Assembly: GCF_927312905.1 (NCBI RefSeq)
Contig: NZ_CAKMHQ010000045.1
Span: forward strand, 58,229 to 122,228
Length of the DNA stretch: 64,000 nt
Source of the DNA: Candidatus Nitrotoga sp. 1052
GTDB lineage: Bacteria > Pseudomonadota > Gammaproteobacteria > Burkholderiales > Gallionellaceae
Direction: 5' to 3'
A program made the position numbers and the translations under genes. A model generated the notes under the pieces. That model was given only the letters and a program-made list of their open reading frames with translations. It was not told where the DNA came from and did not search any database. Positions 30,929 to 40,636 of this stretch are shown here, piece by piece (the first letter of the stretch is position 1; every line of letters begins with the position of its first letter).

Positions 30929-31610
30929 TTTTTGTATTATGCGTTTATTTGCTAGTAGCACTGGATACTGAGAAGTCACGATGATTAATCTTAAAATATA
31001 ATCAACGATATCATTTCTATGGGTAGAAGCAGCTAGAGTTGGATTAATCCCAAATTGCCTGAAACATAGTCGTGGACTTGTCCACGACTTCAGTAGGATT
31101 TAGGTGAAATGAAAGGTCAACGCGGCTGGCGGAAAAAAATAGGGGCAATCGTCGACAGGTGATCGTAAGCAAGCCTGCATAAATGGCAAGCAATTTGCTG
31201 CAATTTATAGATGCCTGCGGTGCTATGTTCGACTACATGCTCAAGGTGAAGTGTGCATATGAATTGCATGAATATCCCGATCGGAGCAGCCCGCTTTGCA
31301 ATGAAGGCGTTACAGAAAAGGGAGTTAGGACGGCAGCAATGGGACTAATGCTGTTGAACTGCTGCTTGCTCCCGAAGAAAAATTCGGGATCCATATTCAT
31401 GACGCTGATGCTTCGAATTTATCGACGCCGCGAATGATGGTTGATTATGTGTATTCTCGTGTCAGAAATACCGAGGATAGGTCATGTACATCACAAATAG
31501 GCTTCAATCGCTTCCGTTCCGTGCTTGTAAACTCGTTCGGAGTGCCACGAAAAATGTTCATCCTGACTCTCATTTTGAACGCGATCTTGGCCTTCGCTAA
31601 CCACTTTGCC

Positions 31611-32258
31611 CTAACTTCGTGTTCCTTCGACATCCGGGTTTCCATAACGTCTGATAGCTTCTCTGTAAAGTTCAGGCGTATTATTTATGCCAAGCTTCCA
31701 CATAATATTGTTTCGGTGAGTTTTTACGGTGGACAATTTAATTTTAAGCTGTAGGCAAATCTCCTGGTTCGTCATCCACTGAGCAAAAAGTCTCATTACA
31801 ATTTCTTCGCTTGGGGTCAATTTCTCACCCGGCAATATTGGCTTTGGTTTTTCCGGTAAATCTGGGTCGAGATAAATCCCGCCCGCCATGATTATTTCGA
31901 TCGCTTGGTGGATTACCTGGATGTCTGCGCCCTTCAACAAATAGCCACGCGCACCAGCATTTCTCGCTCTTCTTACGAGCTCCACATCGCTCTGTCCACT
32001 ATATATAAGAATAGCCAAATCAGGATAAAGGTTACTGAACTCTTCGGTCAGGTCAATGCCATTCCCGGCCTCAAGACGGATATCCATTATTACCAGATCA
32101 ACGATGTTGTTTTGCATAAAACGTCTTGCTTCCTCAACGCTTTTTGCCACGCCAACTACTTTAAATTTAGATACCGTATCGAGAAATCCGCACAATCCGT
32201 GAATCACGGCCGGATGATCTTCTACGATCATAATTTGAACAAGTTGTGTATTGGGCAT
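31611..32258 (-). CDS. Two-component response regulator, NarL/FixJ family (REC plus LuxR-type HTH)
   Basis: REC domain with IVEDHP, DxxMP and conserved-Lys regions. C-terminal LuxR HTH (LTPSEEIVMRLFAQWMTNQEICLQLKIKLSTVKTHRNNIMWKLG). Start at ATG 32258, 10 nt after the kinase stop. Confidence 0.75.
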   Translation of the reverse strand: MPNTQLVQIMIVEDHPAVIHGLCGFLDTVSKFKVVGVAKSVEEARRFMQNNIVDLVIMDIRLEAGNGIDLTEEFSNLYPDLAILIYSGQSDVELVRRARNAGARGYLLKGADIQVIHQAIEIIMAGGIYLDPDLPEKPKPILPGEKLTPSEEIVMRLFAQWMTNQEICLQLKIKLSTVKTHRNNIMWKLGINNTPELYREAIRRYGNPDVEGTRS

Positions 32259-32268
32259 AATAAATAGA

Positions 32269-33642
32269 TCAATCAGGGAGGGGAATAGTAGCGCGCACGA
32301 CTGTGCCACTGGGCAATGATGTAATTGTTAATTGCCCGCCCACGGACGCCAAACGTTTTTTCATGCTAGACAAGCCAATACCGCGACCTGGATTGTCGTT
32401 GAAATGATTTACGTCAAAGCCATCGCCATCGTCGCTAATGGCAAGTTTTACACAATGCTCCGTGCTTTCTAGTCGCACTTCGGCCTGATGAGCCGCAGCG
32501 TGAGCAATTATATTAGTCAATGCTTCTTTTGCAATCATGAGCAGGGCTTCTTCAGCGCCGTTACTTAAGCCATGCATCTCGCCCTTAGCACAAAATTCAA
32601 TCGGCATGCCAGGGTGCGCCATGTCAAATGTAAGCTGCTTTAATCTTTGGGCCAAACTATTTGATCTCCAAGGCCGAATGCCACGGATAATGTTGGTTAG
32701 TTCGCCCAAGCTATCTTTCAGTAGCCCTGCCGCTGACTTGAATGTGATTTCCGCAGGGGCTATGTGTCCACCTGCCTTTGGCAATTGTATGACACCGGTC
32801 TCGATTTTTAATTTGACAGCTACAAGCATCGGTTTTAGGCCATCATGCAAATCATTTTCTATTCTTTCGCGCTCTTCATCTCGAGCCTTTATCACGCGTT
32901 GTGCCAGTGCCCTAAGCTCGGTGTTCGCCACGCTGAGCTTTTCATCCATGACAGTACGTTCCCTGATATTCAGCAGCAAACCTAAAAATATAGCGGCCGC
33001 GCTCAGAAATGCGATGGCGGCAATCCAGAGCATCGTGTTGTCAATATTGCGGGATACTTGCGAATCAATTTCTGCCAACGCATCATCAACATCATCGAGA
33101 TAAACCCCTGTGCCCAGTACCCATCCCCAAGCCGGCAGCTCAATGACATACGCGCGTTTAGGTTTTGGATCAGGACTCCCACTTGAGGGTTTCGGCCAAA
33201 CAAAGGTCTCATAGCCACCTCCTGCATGCGCACGGCTAATTAAACTCTGGATAATTAATTTCCCTGTGGCATCTTTAAAATCCCACATGTTCTTTCCAAC
33301 CCATCCTTGTTGTCGTGGATGAATCAGCATTGTTCCTTGAAGATCGTATACGAAGAAGTATCCGTCATCCCCATATTCCAGTTTCTCCAGAATGGCCTTG
33401 GCTTCGTTTTTTGCGGCGGCATCTGTTCTGCCTGATTTATAAAGGTGGGCAATCGCATGGGTTGCGAGTGCTACATAGTTCTTCAATTCAGCTTCCTTGC
33501 TGGCAAGGTACGCTGGCTTGATAACTTCCTGCTCTTGCTGCGCCAACGATATTGCATGGTGACGAACGGTCAGTGCGATAGCGCAAAGCGCGAGCGCGAG
33601 GGGCATCACCGCAAACAGAATAATTTTATGTCGTAGTTTCAT
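32269..33642 (-). CDS. Sensor histidine kinase, HisKA_3/NarX-type, with periplasmic single-Cache sensor domain
   Basis: Transmembrane helix, Cache-like periplasmic domain of about 150 aa (…YFFVYDLQGTMLIHP…), second transmembrane helix, coiled coil, H-box ENDLHDGLKPMLVAVKL (HisKA_3), and HATPase_c (N, G1 DDGDGF, G2 GRGIGLSSM). Confidence 0.75.
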   Translation of the reverse strand: MKLRHKIILFAVMPLALALCAIALTVRHHAISLAQQEQEVIKPAYLASKEAELKNYVALATHAIAHLYKSGRTDAAAKNEAKAILEKLEYGDDGYFFVYDLQGTMLIHPRQQGWVGKNMWDFKDATGKLIIQSLISRAHAGGGYETFVWPKPSSGSPDPKPKRAYVIELPAWGWVLGTGVYLDDVDDALAEIDSQVSRNIDNTMLWIAAIAFLSAAAIFLGLLLNIRERTVMDEKLSVANTELRALAQRVIKARDEERERIENDLHDGLKPMLVAVKLKIETGVIQLPKAGGHIAPAEITFKSAAGLLKDSLGELTNIIRGIRPWRSNSLAQRLKQLTFDMAHPGMPIEFCAKGEMHGLSNGAEEALLMIAKEALTNIIAHAAAHQAEVRLESTEHCVKLAISDDGDGFDVNHFNDNPGRGIGLSSMKKRLASVGGQLTITSLPSGTVVRATIPLPD

Positions 33643-33654
33643 GATGCAAGTCTA

Positions 33655-33790
33655 CAACGCGGCTCTCTTCCTAACCTCAACTTTTAGTTGAGAGGAGCTC
33701 ATCCGAAGAGATGTGGCGCGGCAAATGTCCTTTTCCTAATATGGCACTGGGCATTAAGCAAAACCGTAAGGATTGACCGCTGCAAGTAGT
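33655..33790. repeat. Intergenic repeat R, copy 2 (see 29455-29585)
   Basis: Same element as copy 1, lying immediately upstream (minus strand) of the histidine-kinase start codon. Confidence 0.7.
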
Positions 33791-33956
33791 GCCGTTGGCA
33801 GCGCCTTGACTACATATAGCAGTTCTCCAGCATCGAATAAATTAATGCGACAGAACCACTGGAGCGACAAAAATCAAAAGGGCCATTTGTTGAAGTAGAA
33901 GTAATAAATAGGATCCATCCATTATTAATGGAAATAAACGATAAGGAGAAATTAAA

Positions 33957-35975
33957 ATGAACTTGCCAGAAGCATATTTTACTATCGGAGCCATCATTGG
34001 CGTTTATTTCGTTCTACGTATATTTTTCAGCACAGTTGTTGTAGTTAAAGGGAATGAAATTGCCATCCTAGAACGGCGATATGTTGGCAAACCCTTGCCG
34101 GATGGCCGCGTTATTGCGATGAGCAGTGAGATTGGCGTGCAAGCGCGCGTATTGGGGCCAGGTTTGTATTATTTGATCCCATTTTTGCATGATGTCCGCA
34201 AGGCACCATTTACTATTATCGCCGAAGATGAAATTGGAATTATTGAGTCAGTGGATGGTAGCCCCATTCCTCAAGGGCATATTTTTGCCAAGGTGATCGA
34301 TGCCCACAACACATTTCAGGATGGAGAAGCGTTTCTTTTGGGCGGTGGACAAAAGGGGCCGCAAGTTCAGATTATTCCTCCCGGCAGCTACCGTATCAAT
34401 ACTGCTCTTTTTAAAGTGACTATTGGCAGGAATTTTTATATCCCACCTGGTCAAATCGGAATAATCACCTCAATGGACGGGGAACCAATGACGCCGGGAC
34501 GCTTGCTTGCCAAGCATATTGAAGGCCATGGAAACTTTGAAAATGGTCAAGCTTTTCTTAACAATAGTGGTCAGCGCGGCCCACAAATTGACGTGTTAAT
34601 GCCAGGAGTTTACCGGATTAATACCTCATTATTCAAAATAGAGCTCCGCCCAGCAACTGTAATCCCTGTTGCAAATATAGGGTTGGTAACCGCACTTGAC
34701 GGTGCTCCGCTGCCTGACAATGAATTTGTCGCTAAAAAAGTTGAAAACCACATGGACTACCAGAATGCATCTCTATTCCTAAATGCAGGTGGGCAACGTG
34801 GGCCTCAACTTGATGTACTTAGACCCGGGACTTACTACATCAATCCGGCTATGTTTGATATTGCACTTGAGCAGATTACCGAAGTTCAGCGCGGGCAAGT
34901 TGCTGTAATTGTATCCAATGTTGGTGACGAGCCACCAGTGGATATTGCATCAATGGCAGCAACGGAACTTATATCCGGACAGGAGCGTTATGTCGTATCA
35001 GAAGGGTATCGAGGCATTCAAAAAACCGTCCTCGGGCCAGGTCGCTATTACTTGAATCTGTGCGCGGAGATCGCTTATATCATTGACACAACCAATATCA
35101 TCATCGCTTGGGCAAACGGGGACCATCAACCACAATTCAAGCCGCTTAAAGTGATATCCAAGGATGGATTTACGATTGAAATAGCGATGAAGGTCATTAT
35201 TCGAGTACGGCCAGATCAAGCACCTTATATGGTTGCCAAGATTGGCTCCATCGTCAATCTGGTGCATCACGTAATCCAGCCGACAGTAGCATCATCATTA
35301 CGCAATCAGGCATCTGAAACCTCTGCCATGAGTTTTATGCTGGATCGTCAAGTAGAACAACAGAAAGTAGAAGAGCGCGCACGTATCGAACTGGAGAAAT
35401 ACCATGTCGAATGTGTATCCGTATTGATTTGCCAAATTAATTTGCCACAAGATTTAATGGACACTCAGACGCAAAGGATAATTGCCAGAGAGCAAATGGA
35501 AATGTACAAGGCCGAAGGTTATGCACAAGATCAACGTGCAACGATGGAAAAAAAACGAGCACAAGCGGATATGCAACCAAAGCTGGTGGATGCTGAAATT
35601 GGGGTGCAAATCGCAACACAATCCAAGCTAACAACTGTAATTTCAGCAGAAGCTGATGGCGAATCCAAGCGTCTTATTGCTGAAGGTGAGGCTGCGGGTA
35701 TCAGGGTTCAAGGGGAAGCCGAAGCAGCCAGAATTTTGGCAATTGGTAAATCTACTGCCGAGAGTTATGACCTGCAAAATAAGGCTATTGGTGGCAATGG
35801 TGTAACTGCCATAGAAATCGCCAAACAAATTGCTTCTGGTAACGTGAAAATCACTCCCGACTTTCTGGTGCAGGGCGGTGATTCAACGGGGGGGCTTGTG
35901 TCAGCTTACCTGGCCAAGTTAATCGGTAATTCGCCACAAGCGCCAAATAAAGCAACAATTGTTGACGCTAATTAA
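33957..35975 (+). CDS. Flotillin-like SPFH/band-7 protein with expanded N-terminal tandem repeats
   Basis: N-terminal membrane anchor, an SPFH-like beta-rich region, a C-terminal flotillin-type coiled coil with EA-rich repeats (AEGEAAGIRVQGEAEAARILAIG), and a C-terminal tail. Five consecutive modules of about 55-70 aa fit the pattern G(I/V)(I/V)..(D)G.P.P...(F/L)AK....H..(F/Y)..G.(A/F)FL..GGQ(K/R)GPQ....L.PG.Y.IN..LF. Confidence 0.7.
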   Translation: MNLPEAYFTIGAIIGVYFVLRIFFSTVVVVKGNEIAILERRYVGKPLPDGRVIAMSSEIGVQARVLGPGLYYLIPFLHDVRKAPFTIIAEDEIGIIESVDGSPIPQGHIFAKVIDAHNTFQDGEAFLLGGGQKGPQVQIIPPGSYRINTALFKVTIGRNFYIPPGQIGIITSMDGEPMTPGRLLAKHIEGHGNFENGQAFLNNSGQRGPQIDVLMPGVYRINTSLFKIELRPATVIPVANIGLVTALDGAPLPDNEFVAKKVENHMDYQNASLFLNAGGQRGPQLDVLRPGTYYINPAMFDIALEQITEVQRGQVAVIVSNVGDEPPVDIASMAATELISGQERYVVSEGYRGIQKTVLGPGRYYLNLCAEIAYIIDTTNIIIAWANGDHQPQFKPLKVISKDGFTIEIAMKVIIRVRPDQAPYMVAKIGSIVNLVHHVIQPTVASSLRNQASETSAMSFMLDRQVEQQKVEERARIELEKYHVECVSVLICQINLPQDLMDTQTQRIIAREQMEMYKAEGYAQDQRATMEKKRAQADMQPKLVDAEIGVQIATQSKLTTVISAEADGESKRLIAEGEAAGIRVQGEAEAARILAIGKSTAESYDLQNKAIGGNGVTAIEIAKQIASGNVKITPDFLVQGGDSTGGLVSAYLAKLIGNSPQAPNKATIVDAN

Positions 35976-35977
35976 AC

Positions 35978-37458
35978 CCAGATTATCCATTAGCCGTTCT
36001 CATGTTGCCACAGGAATGACAGGCGGATTTTCTGAATTGCTCCATAGACCCTTGAACCACGCTCGTCTTTTTCGCGGTAGCGAGAGGATCAAGGTGTTGT
36101 TATCGGGATCGTGATGCCAGCTTGCTCCGATGGCCAAGACTTGGCCGTGCAAGGTAGCCAAGGTCGATTGCACTTTCGTTCGCAAAACGGCTTGCCGAAA
36201 CAAACTGATCAAATTGTAGGCCAGCATTGCAAAGCCCAAAGCTGCCTCAGTGGCCCAGAAATTATTGAGGGCAAAGCTGTCCAGGCCGAAATCGGCCTTG
36301 AGCTCCTTGATGCGGTTCTCGCAGTCTGCACGCCCCCGATAGCTACGCCAGACATCGACGTCAGGCAGACTCAGCGAAGTCACCATCGCCCCGTAGCGCC
36401 AACCTGATAGATCTGGATCGTCGGCGAACAGCGACAGCGTCTTGCCGGGTGCCGCTTTGCGCTTGACCGACTGACGTGCCACCACGATCCGGCGAGGCGC
36501 AATCCAGCCCTGTGCCTGATACGTAATCTCGGTCAGCTCCAGCCCGGTCTCGAGCGCCCACCAGCGCGCGTCACGCACAATGGCCGCCTGCAATCGCTGA
36601 GTGAGTTTGGCACTGATGATGTAGTCAATCTTGCGCCCTTCCAGAAGGCTCAGGATCGCTTCATTAAAGAAGCCGCTGTCGGCACGAAATAATCCGACCG
36701 TCTTGTCGCCCAGATGGCGCAAGGTGGATTCGATGAAGGCCAGCACGTTATTGGTCGTATAGGCATTCCCTGGTCGCAGCCAGAAGTTGGCGACCATCCG
36801 CGCTTCAGCCACAAATGCGAGCAAAGGATGATGCGAGGGCCGCCCGCGTCGCCCAGGGTTGTATCCCCGCGTCGCGCCCTCCTGTTCGCTATGGCGGGTG
36901 AGCACCGTGGAGTCCATGTCGAGAGTGATCCGCCGCAGCGTGCCGACTTGACCGAAAAACCAGCGATAGACGGACTCTTGTACTGCCTCATTGCGAGCCA
37001 TGTCGAACCGTTTGAACAGTCGCATGATCGCTTGGTAACCCGCGGCCTTCGGCCAATCGAACAGGCGGGTCAGGGTGCCGTCAAAGCGCACCGTTTCGGC
37101 ATGGGCAAAGCGACAAGCACCGCACCAAATAGCGACGATCCATTGTTCGATCAGCTGCGCTGGCGGATACCCACGGTTGGAACCCGGTGGCGGCAAATCC
37201 CAGCCAGTGGCCGCCTGCCGAAAACCCATCTGATCAAGCATTCGCTTGAGCAGCGCCATTCCTCCCCAGGCGCTTATCTCACGATTGGAAAACTTGATCT
37301 TGAAACCACTGTCCGGCGCATTAGTCGACATCAAAAAATCACCAATAACAATAGATAATCAGTTAGTTGGCCTAATGAATATCATTAGAACCAGCTTATG
37401 CATTCAACATCATCCGCGGAGCAAAGCTTACCTCAGAATTGCTAATGGATAATCCGGG
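35978..37458 (-). mobile_element. Intact insertion sequence, IS1380-like (IS4-superfamily DDE), 1481 bp
   Basis: 18-bp terminal inverted repeats cccagattatccattagc (35978-35995) and gctaatggataatccggg (37441-37458), 17/18 complementary. Flanked by the 5-bp direct repeat TTAAA (35973-35977 and 37459-37463). Single transposase ORF. Confidence 0.75.
36000..37334 (-). CDS. DDE transposase of the IS element (IS1380/IS4-type)
   Basis: 444 aa with a perfectly spaced Y-x2-R-x3-E-x6-K motif (YRGRADCENRIKELK) and acidic residues in the ADSGF context. Confidence 0.8.
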   Translation of the reverse strand: MMSTNAPDSGFKIKFSNREISAWGGMALLKRMLDQMGFRQAATGWDLPPPGSNRGYPPAQLIEQWIVAIWCGACRFAHAETVRFDGTLTRLFDWPKAAGYQAIMRLFKRFDMARNEAVQESVYRWFFGQVGTLRRITLDMDSTVLTRHSEQEGATRGYNPGRRGRPSHHPLLAFVAEARMVANFWLRPGNAYTTNNVLAFIESTLRHLGDKTVGLFRADSGFFNEAILSLLEGRKIDYIISAKLTQRLQAAIVRDARWWALETGLELTEITYQAQGWIAPRRIVVARQSVKRKAAPGKTLSLFADDPDLSGWRYGAMVTSLSLPDVDVWRSYRGRADCENRIKELKADFGLDSFALNNFWATEAALGFAMLAYNLISLFRQAVLRTKVQSTLATLHGQVLAIGASWHHDPDNNTLILSLPRKRRAWFKGLWSNSENPPVIPVAT

Positions 37459-37556
37459 TTAAATAAAGGGAGGAAATACAAATGTCAAATATAAAAAAAT
37501 AATTTCATCCACTATGCTGGGAAATGGGTTGGAATTGTATGACTATGCGCTAGATT
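37459..37556 (+). pseudogene. Truncated second copy of the 5' end of the MHS transporter gene (ribosome-binding site plus first ~25 codons)
   Basis: aaagggaggaaatacaaatgtcaaatat...atttcatccactatgctgggaaatgggttggaattgtatgactatgcgcta parallels 29640-29745 (aaaaggaggacataaaaatgtcttatat...attacatccactatgctgggaaatgggctggaatggtatgactatgcgcta). A stop codon is present and the homology breaks at 37556. Confidence 0.6.
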
Positions 37557-37650
37557 GAGACTAGTTCAATTTATTCATTGTTCAGACTTCGCAGATACGC
37601 TTCATTGTTTATCTTGTAGCACCTTCAGTTTTATCTGATCAATGCCCGAT
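37556..37650. repeat. Intergenic repeat X, copy 2, immediately upstream of the acnA promoter region
   Basis: See copy 1 at 28148-28245. Confidence 0.6.
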
Positions 37651-37716
37651 CCACCCCTGCCGCGTTATAATCGCGTTCTTTCTTTTCGCACATAGCTTTC
37701 ATTCGGAGCCGTCGCC

Positions 37717-40596
37717 ATGTCGCATAATCTGTTCAACACTCGTCAAACATTCACCCTCGCCAACGGCAAGACTGGCACGCTGTATTCCTTGAAAGCACTC
37801 GAAACAGCTGGGTTGGGCAAAATTTCACGCTTGCCAGTTTCCATCCGCATTGTGCTGGAAGCGGTGCTGCGCAATTACGATGGCAAGAAGATCAGCGAAG
37901 CGCACATTCGCCAGCTGGCGAACTGGCAGCAGAACTCACCACGCACCGAAGAAATTCCGTTCGTGGTGGCGCGTATTGTGTTGCAGGATTTCACCGGCAT
38001 CCCGCTGCTGGTTGACCTTGCCACCATGCGCGATGCCGCTGCGAAGTTGGGCAAGAATCCGATGATCATTGAACCGCTGGTGCCAGTGGATTTGGTGGTG
38101 GATCATTCGGTGCAGGTGGATTATTACAATAGTCCGGATGCGCTGCGACTCAACATGGAACTGGAGTTTGAACGCAATAATGAGCGCTACAAATTCATGA
38201 AATGGGGCATGCAGGCATTTGATACGTTCAAGGTGGTGCCGCCCGGCGTAGGCATCGTGCATCAGGTGAATCTGGAATATCTGGCGCGCGGCGTGCTGCA
38301 AAAAGACGGCGTTTATTATCCCGATACGCTGGTAGGTACCGACAGCCATACCACTATGATTAATGGCATCGGCGTGGTCGGATGGGGTGTGGGCGGCATC
38401 GAAGCGGAAGCTGGCATGCTGGGCCAGCCGGTATATTTCCTCACGCCGGACGTGGTGGGTGTTCATCTCACGGGCAAGTTGCGCGAAGGCATCACCGCGA
38501 CCGACTTGGTGCTGACCGTAACCGAAATGCTGCGCAAGCATAAAGTGGTGGGAAAGTTTGTGGAATTTTTCGGTGCAGGTACCGCGGCGCTCACCCTGCC
38601 GGATCGCGCTACTCTCGCCAACATGGCGCCAGAATATGGCGCAACAATGGGCTTCTTCCCGGTGGACGACGTAACGTCGGACTACCTGCGCAATACCGGA
38701 CGGAGCGATGAAGAAGTGGATGCTTTCCAGTCCTACTTCAAAGCGCAAGGGTTGTATGGCATACCTGAGGCAGGCGCAATCGATTACAGCAGCGTGGTAG
38801 AGCTGGATTTGAACAGCATCGAACCTTCTCTGGCCGGACCAAAACGTCCGCAGGATCGCGTACCGCTCTCCGGAATGAAGGAGAATTTCAACACCTTATT
38901 CAGCAAGTCAGTGACGGAGAACGGCTTCAACCAGCTCGCTGAAAATTTGGGAAAACGTTATATCGCCGATTTGGCCGACCTTAGCGGAAACGTTTGTGTA
39001 CCGATCATCGGTGGCGGCCTGCAGGATCAGGAAACCGCACCGGCTGGCACCGGCACACAAAGCAAGCACAACACCAGCACCGTGACTGAAATCGAGATGA
39101 TGGACAACCGCCCGACTCCCAGCGTGCGCTGCGAAACAAGCGGTGAAATGATGCCGGCAGTACAACTCCGCCATGGCGATGTATTAATAGCTGCCATCAC
39201 CTCCTGTACCAACACGTCCAACCCCGGTGTGATGCTGGCGGCAGGTTTGCTGGCGAAGAAAGCGGTGGAGGCAGGCCTGCGCGTGCAACCACATATCAAA
39301 ACGTCGCTTGCCCCCGGCTCGCGCGTAGTGACGGACTACTTGACCCATTCTGGTCTGCTACCTTATCTGGAACAACTCGGTTTCCGCTTGGTGGGCTATG
39401 GTTGCACCACTTGTATCGGCAACTCCGGCCCATTGAATGCAAAAATCGAAGATGTCATTCTCGCCCACGATCTGATCGCTGCAGCAGTGCTGTCCGGCAA
39501 TCGCAACTTTGAGGCACGCGTCCATGCCAACATCAAGGCCAATTTCCTCGCCAGTCCCCCGCTGGTAGTTGCCTTCGCGCTGGCCGGCCGAGTAAACATT
39601 AATCTGGATAGTGAGCCACTTGGCACCGGCCGCAACGGTCAGCCAGTCTATTTGAAAGATATCTGGCCGAGCAGTACGGAAATCCATGCAGCAATGAAAT
39701 TTGCTGCCGACCCCATAGTGTATCGCAGGCTATATAGTGACCTTACTCGCGACCTGCCACTGTGGAACGGTATTTCTGCCCCCACCGGCAACCAGTACCA
39801 CTGGGACGATTCCACCTACATTGCGCGCCCGCCGTTCTTCGACGATTTTGACATGACTGTCGGTAGTGTTTCCGACATCCGCAATGCCAAGCCGCTGGGC
39901 ATTTTCGGTGACTCAGTTACCACCGATCACATCAGTCCGGCTGGCAGTTTTAAATCCACCACCCCTGCCGGCCAATACCTGCAAAGCAAAGGCGTGGCCA
40001 TCAAGGATTTCAACAGTTACGGCGCACGACGCGGCAATCATGAGGTCATGATACGCGGCACTTTCGCCAACGTGCGCATCAAGAACCTGATGCTGCCACT
40101 CAATGCCGACGGCAGTCGCGTGGAAGGCGGCTACACACTTTACAACGGCGAACAGATAGCGATCTACGACGCAGCGATGAAATATATCGCAGACGGCACG
40201 CCCACTGTTATTTTCGCCGGGGAAGAATACGGCACTGGTTCATCACGAGATTGGGCGGCGAAAGGCACGCAATTGCTGGGCGTGAAAGCTGTAGTGGCTA
40301 AGAGCTTCGAGCGCATCCATCGCAGCAATCTGGTGGGCATGGGCGTGCTGCCTTTACAGTTCAAGGGCAACGACAGCGTGACTTCGCTCAAGCTGACCGG
40401 CGAAGAAACATTCGATCTCACCGGCATAACAAATTTCATTAAGCCACAACAGGATGTAATGCTCACCATCAAGCGCCGCGACGGAAGCACGCAACAAGTT
40501 TCGCTGCTGCTGCGAATCGACACTCCCGTCGAAGTGGATTACTACCGCCATGGCGGCATCCTGCCTTATGTACTGCGCGAACTGGTAACTCAGTAA
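37717..40596 (+). CDS. acnA: Aconitate hydratase A (aconitase 1), with an enlarged linker region
   Basis: Fe-S cluster ligand motifs ([23 protein letters not shown]), swivel-domain SRDWAAKG, and the C-terminal motif. 959 aa versus about 890 for typical AcnA. Confidence 0.9.
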   Translation: MSHNLFNTRQTFTLANGKTGTLYSLKALETAGLGKISRLPVSIRIVLEAVLRNYDGKKISEAHIRQLANWQQNSPRTEEIPFVVARIVLQDFTGIPLLVDLATMRDAAAKLGKNPMIIEPLVPVDLVVDHSVQVDYYNSPDALRLNMELEFERNNERYKFMKWGMQAFDTFKVVPPGVGIVHQVNLEYLARGVLQKDGVYYPDTLVGTDSHTTMINGIGVVGWGVGGIEAEAGMLGQPVYFLTPDVVGVHLTGKLREGITATDLVLTVTEMLRKHKVVGKFVEFFGAGTAALTLPDRATLANMAPEYGATMGFFPVDDVTSDYLRNTGRSDEEVDAFQSYFKAQGLYGIPEAGAIDYSSVVELDLNSIEPSLAGPKRPQDRVPLSGMKENFNTLFSKSVTENGFNQLAENLGKRYIADLADLSGNVCVPIIGGGLQDQETAPAGTGTQSKHNTSTVTEIEMMDNRPTPSVRCETSGEMMPAVQLRHGDVLIAAITSCTNTSNPGVMLAAGLLAKKAVEAGLRVQPHIKTSLAPGSRVVTDYLTHSGLLPYLEQLGFRLVGYGCTTCIGNSGPLNAKIEDVILAHDLIAAAVLSGNRNFEARVHANIKANFLASPPLVVAFALAGRVNINLDSEPLGTGRNGQPVYLKDIWPSSTEIHAAMKFAADPIVYRRLYSDLTRDLPLWNGISAPTGNQYHWDDSTYIARPPFFDDFDMTVGSVSDIRNAKPLGIFGDSVTTDHISPAGSFKSTTPAGQYLQSKGVAIKDFNSYGARRGNHEVMIRGTFANVRIKNLMLPLNADGSRVEGGYTLYNGEQIAIYDAAMKYIADGTPTVIFAGEEYGTGSSRDWAAKGTQLLGVKAVVAKSFERIHRSNLVGMGVLPLQFKGNDSVTSLKLTGEETFDLTGITNFIKPQQDVMLTIKRRDGSTQQVSLLLRIDTPVEVDYYRHGGILPYVLRELVTQ

Positions 40597-40636
40597 TTCC
40601 AATTGTCGACAGAAACCTTCGGTCAGGCGGGAATGA

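Noticed and set aside
31183-31754. Small plus-strand ORFs (84 and 106 aa) and a 66-aa minus ORF in the AT-rich gap between the MHS transporter and the response regulator
   Set aside because: They have no motifs, show AT-rich codon bias typical of non-coding DNA, and one overlaps the regulator's 3' end. They are not supported.
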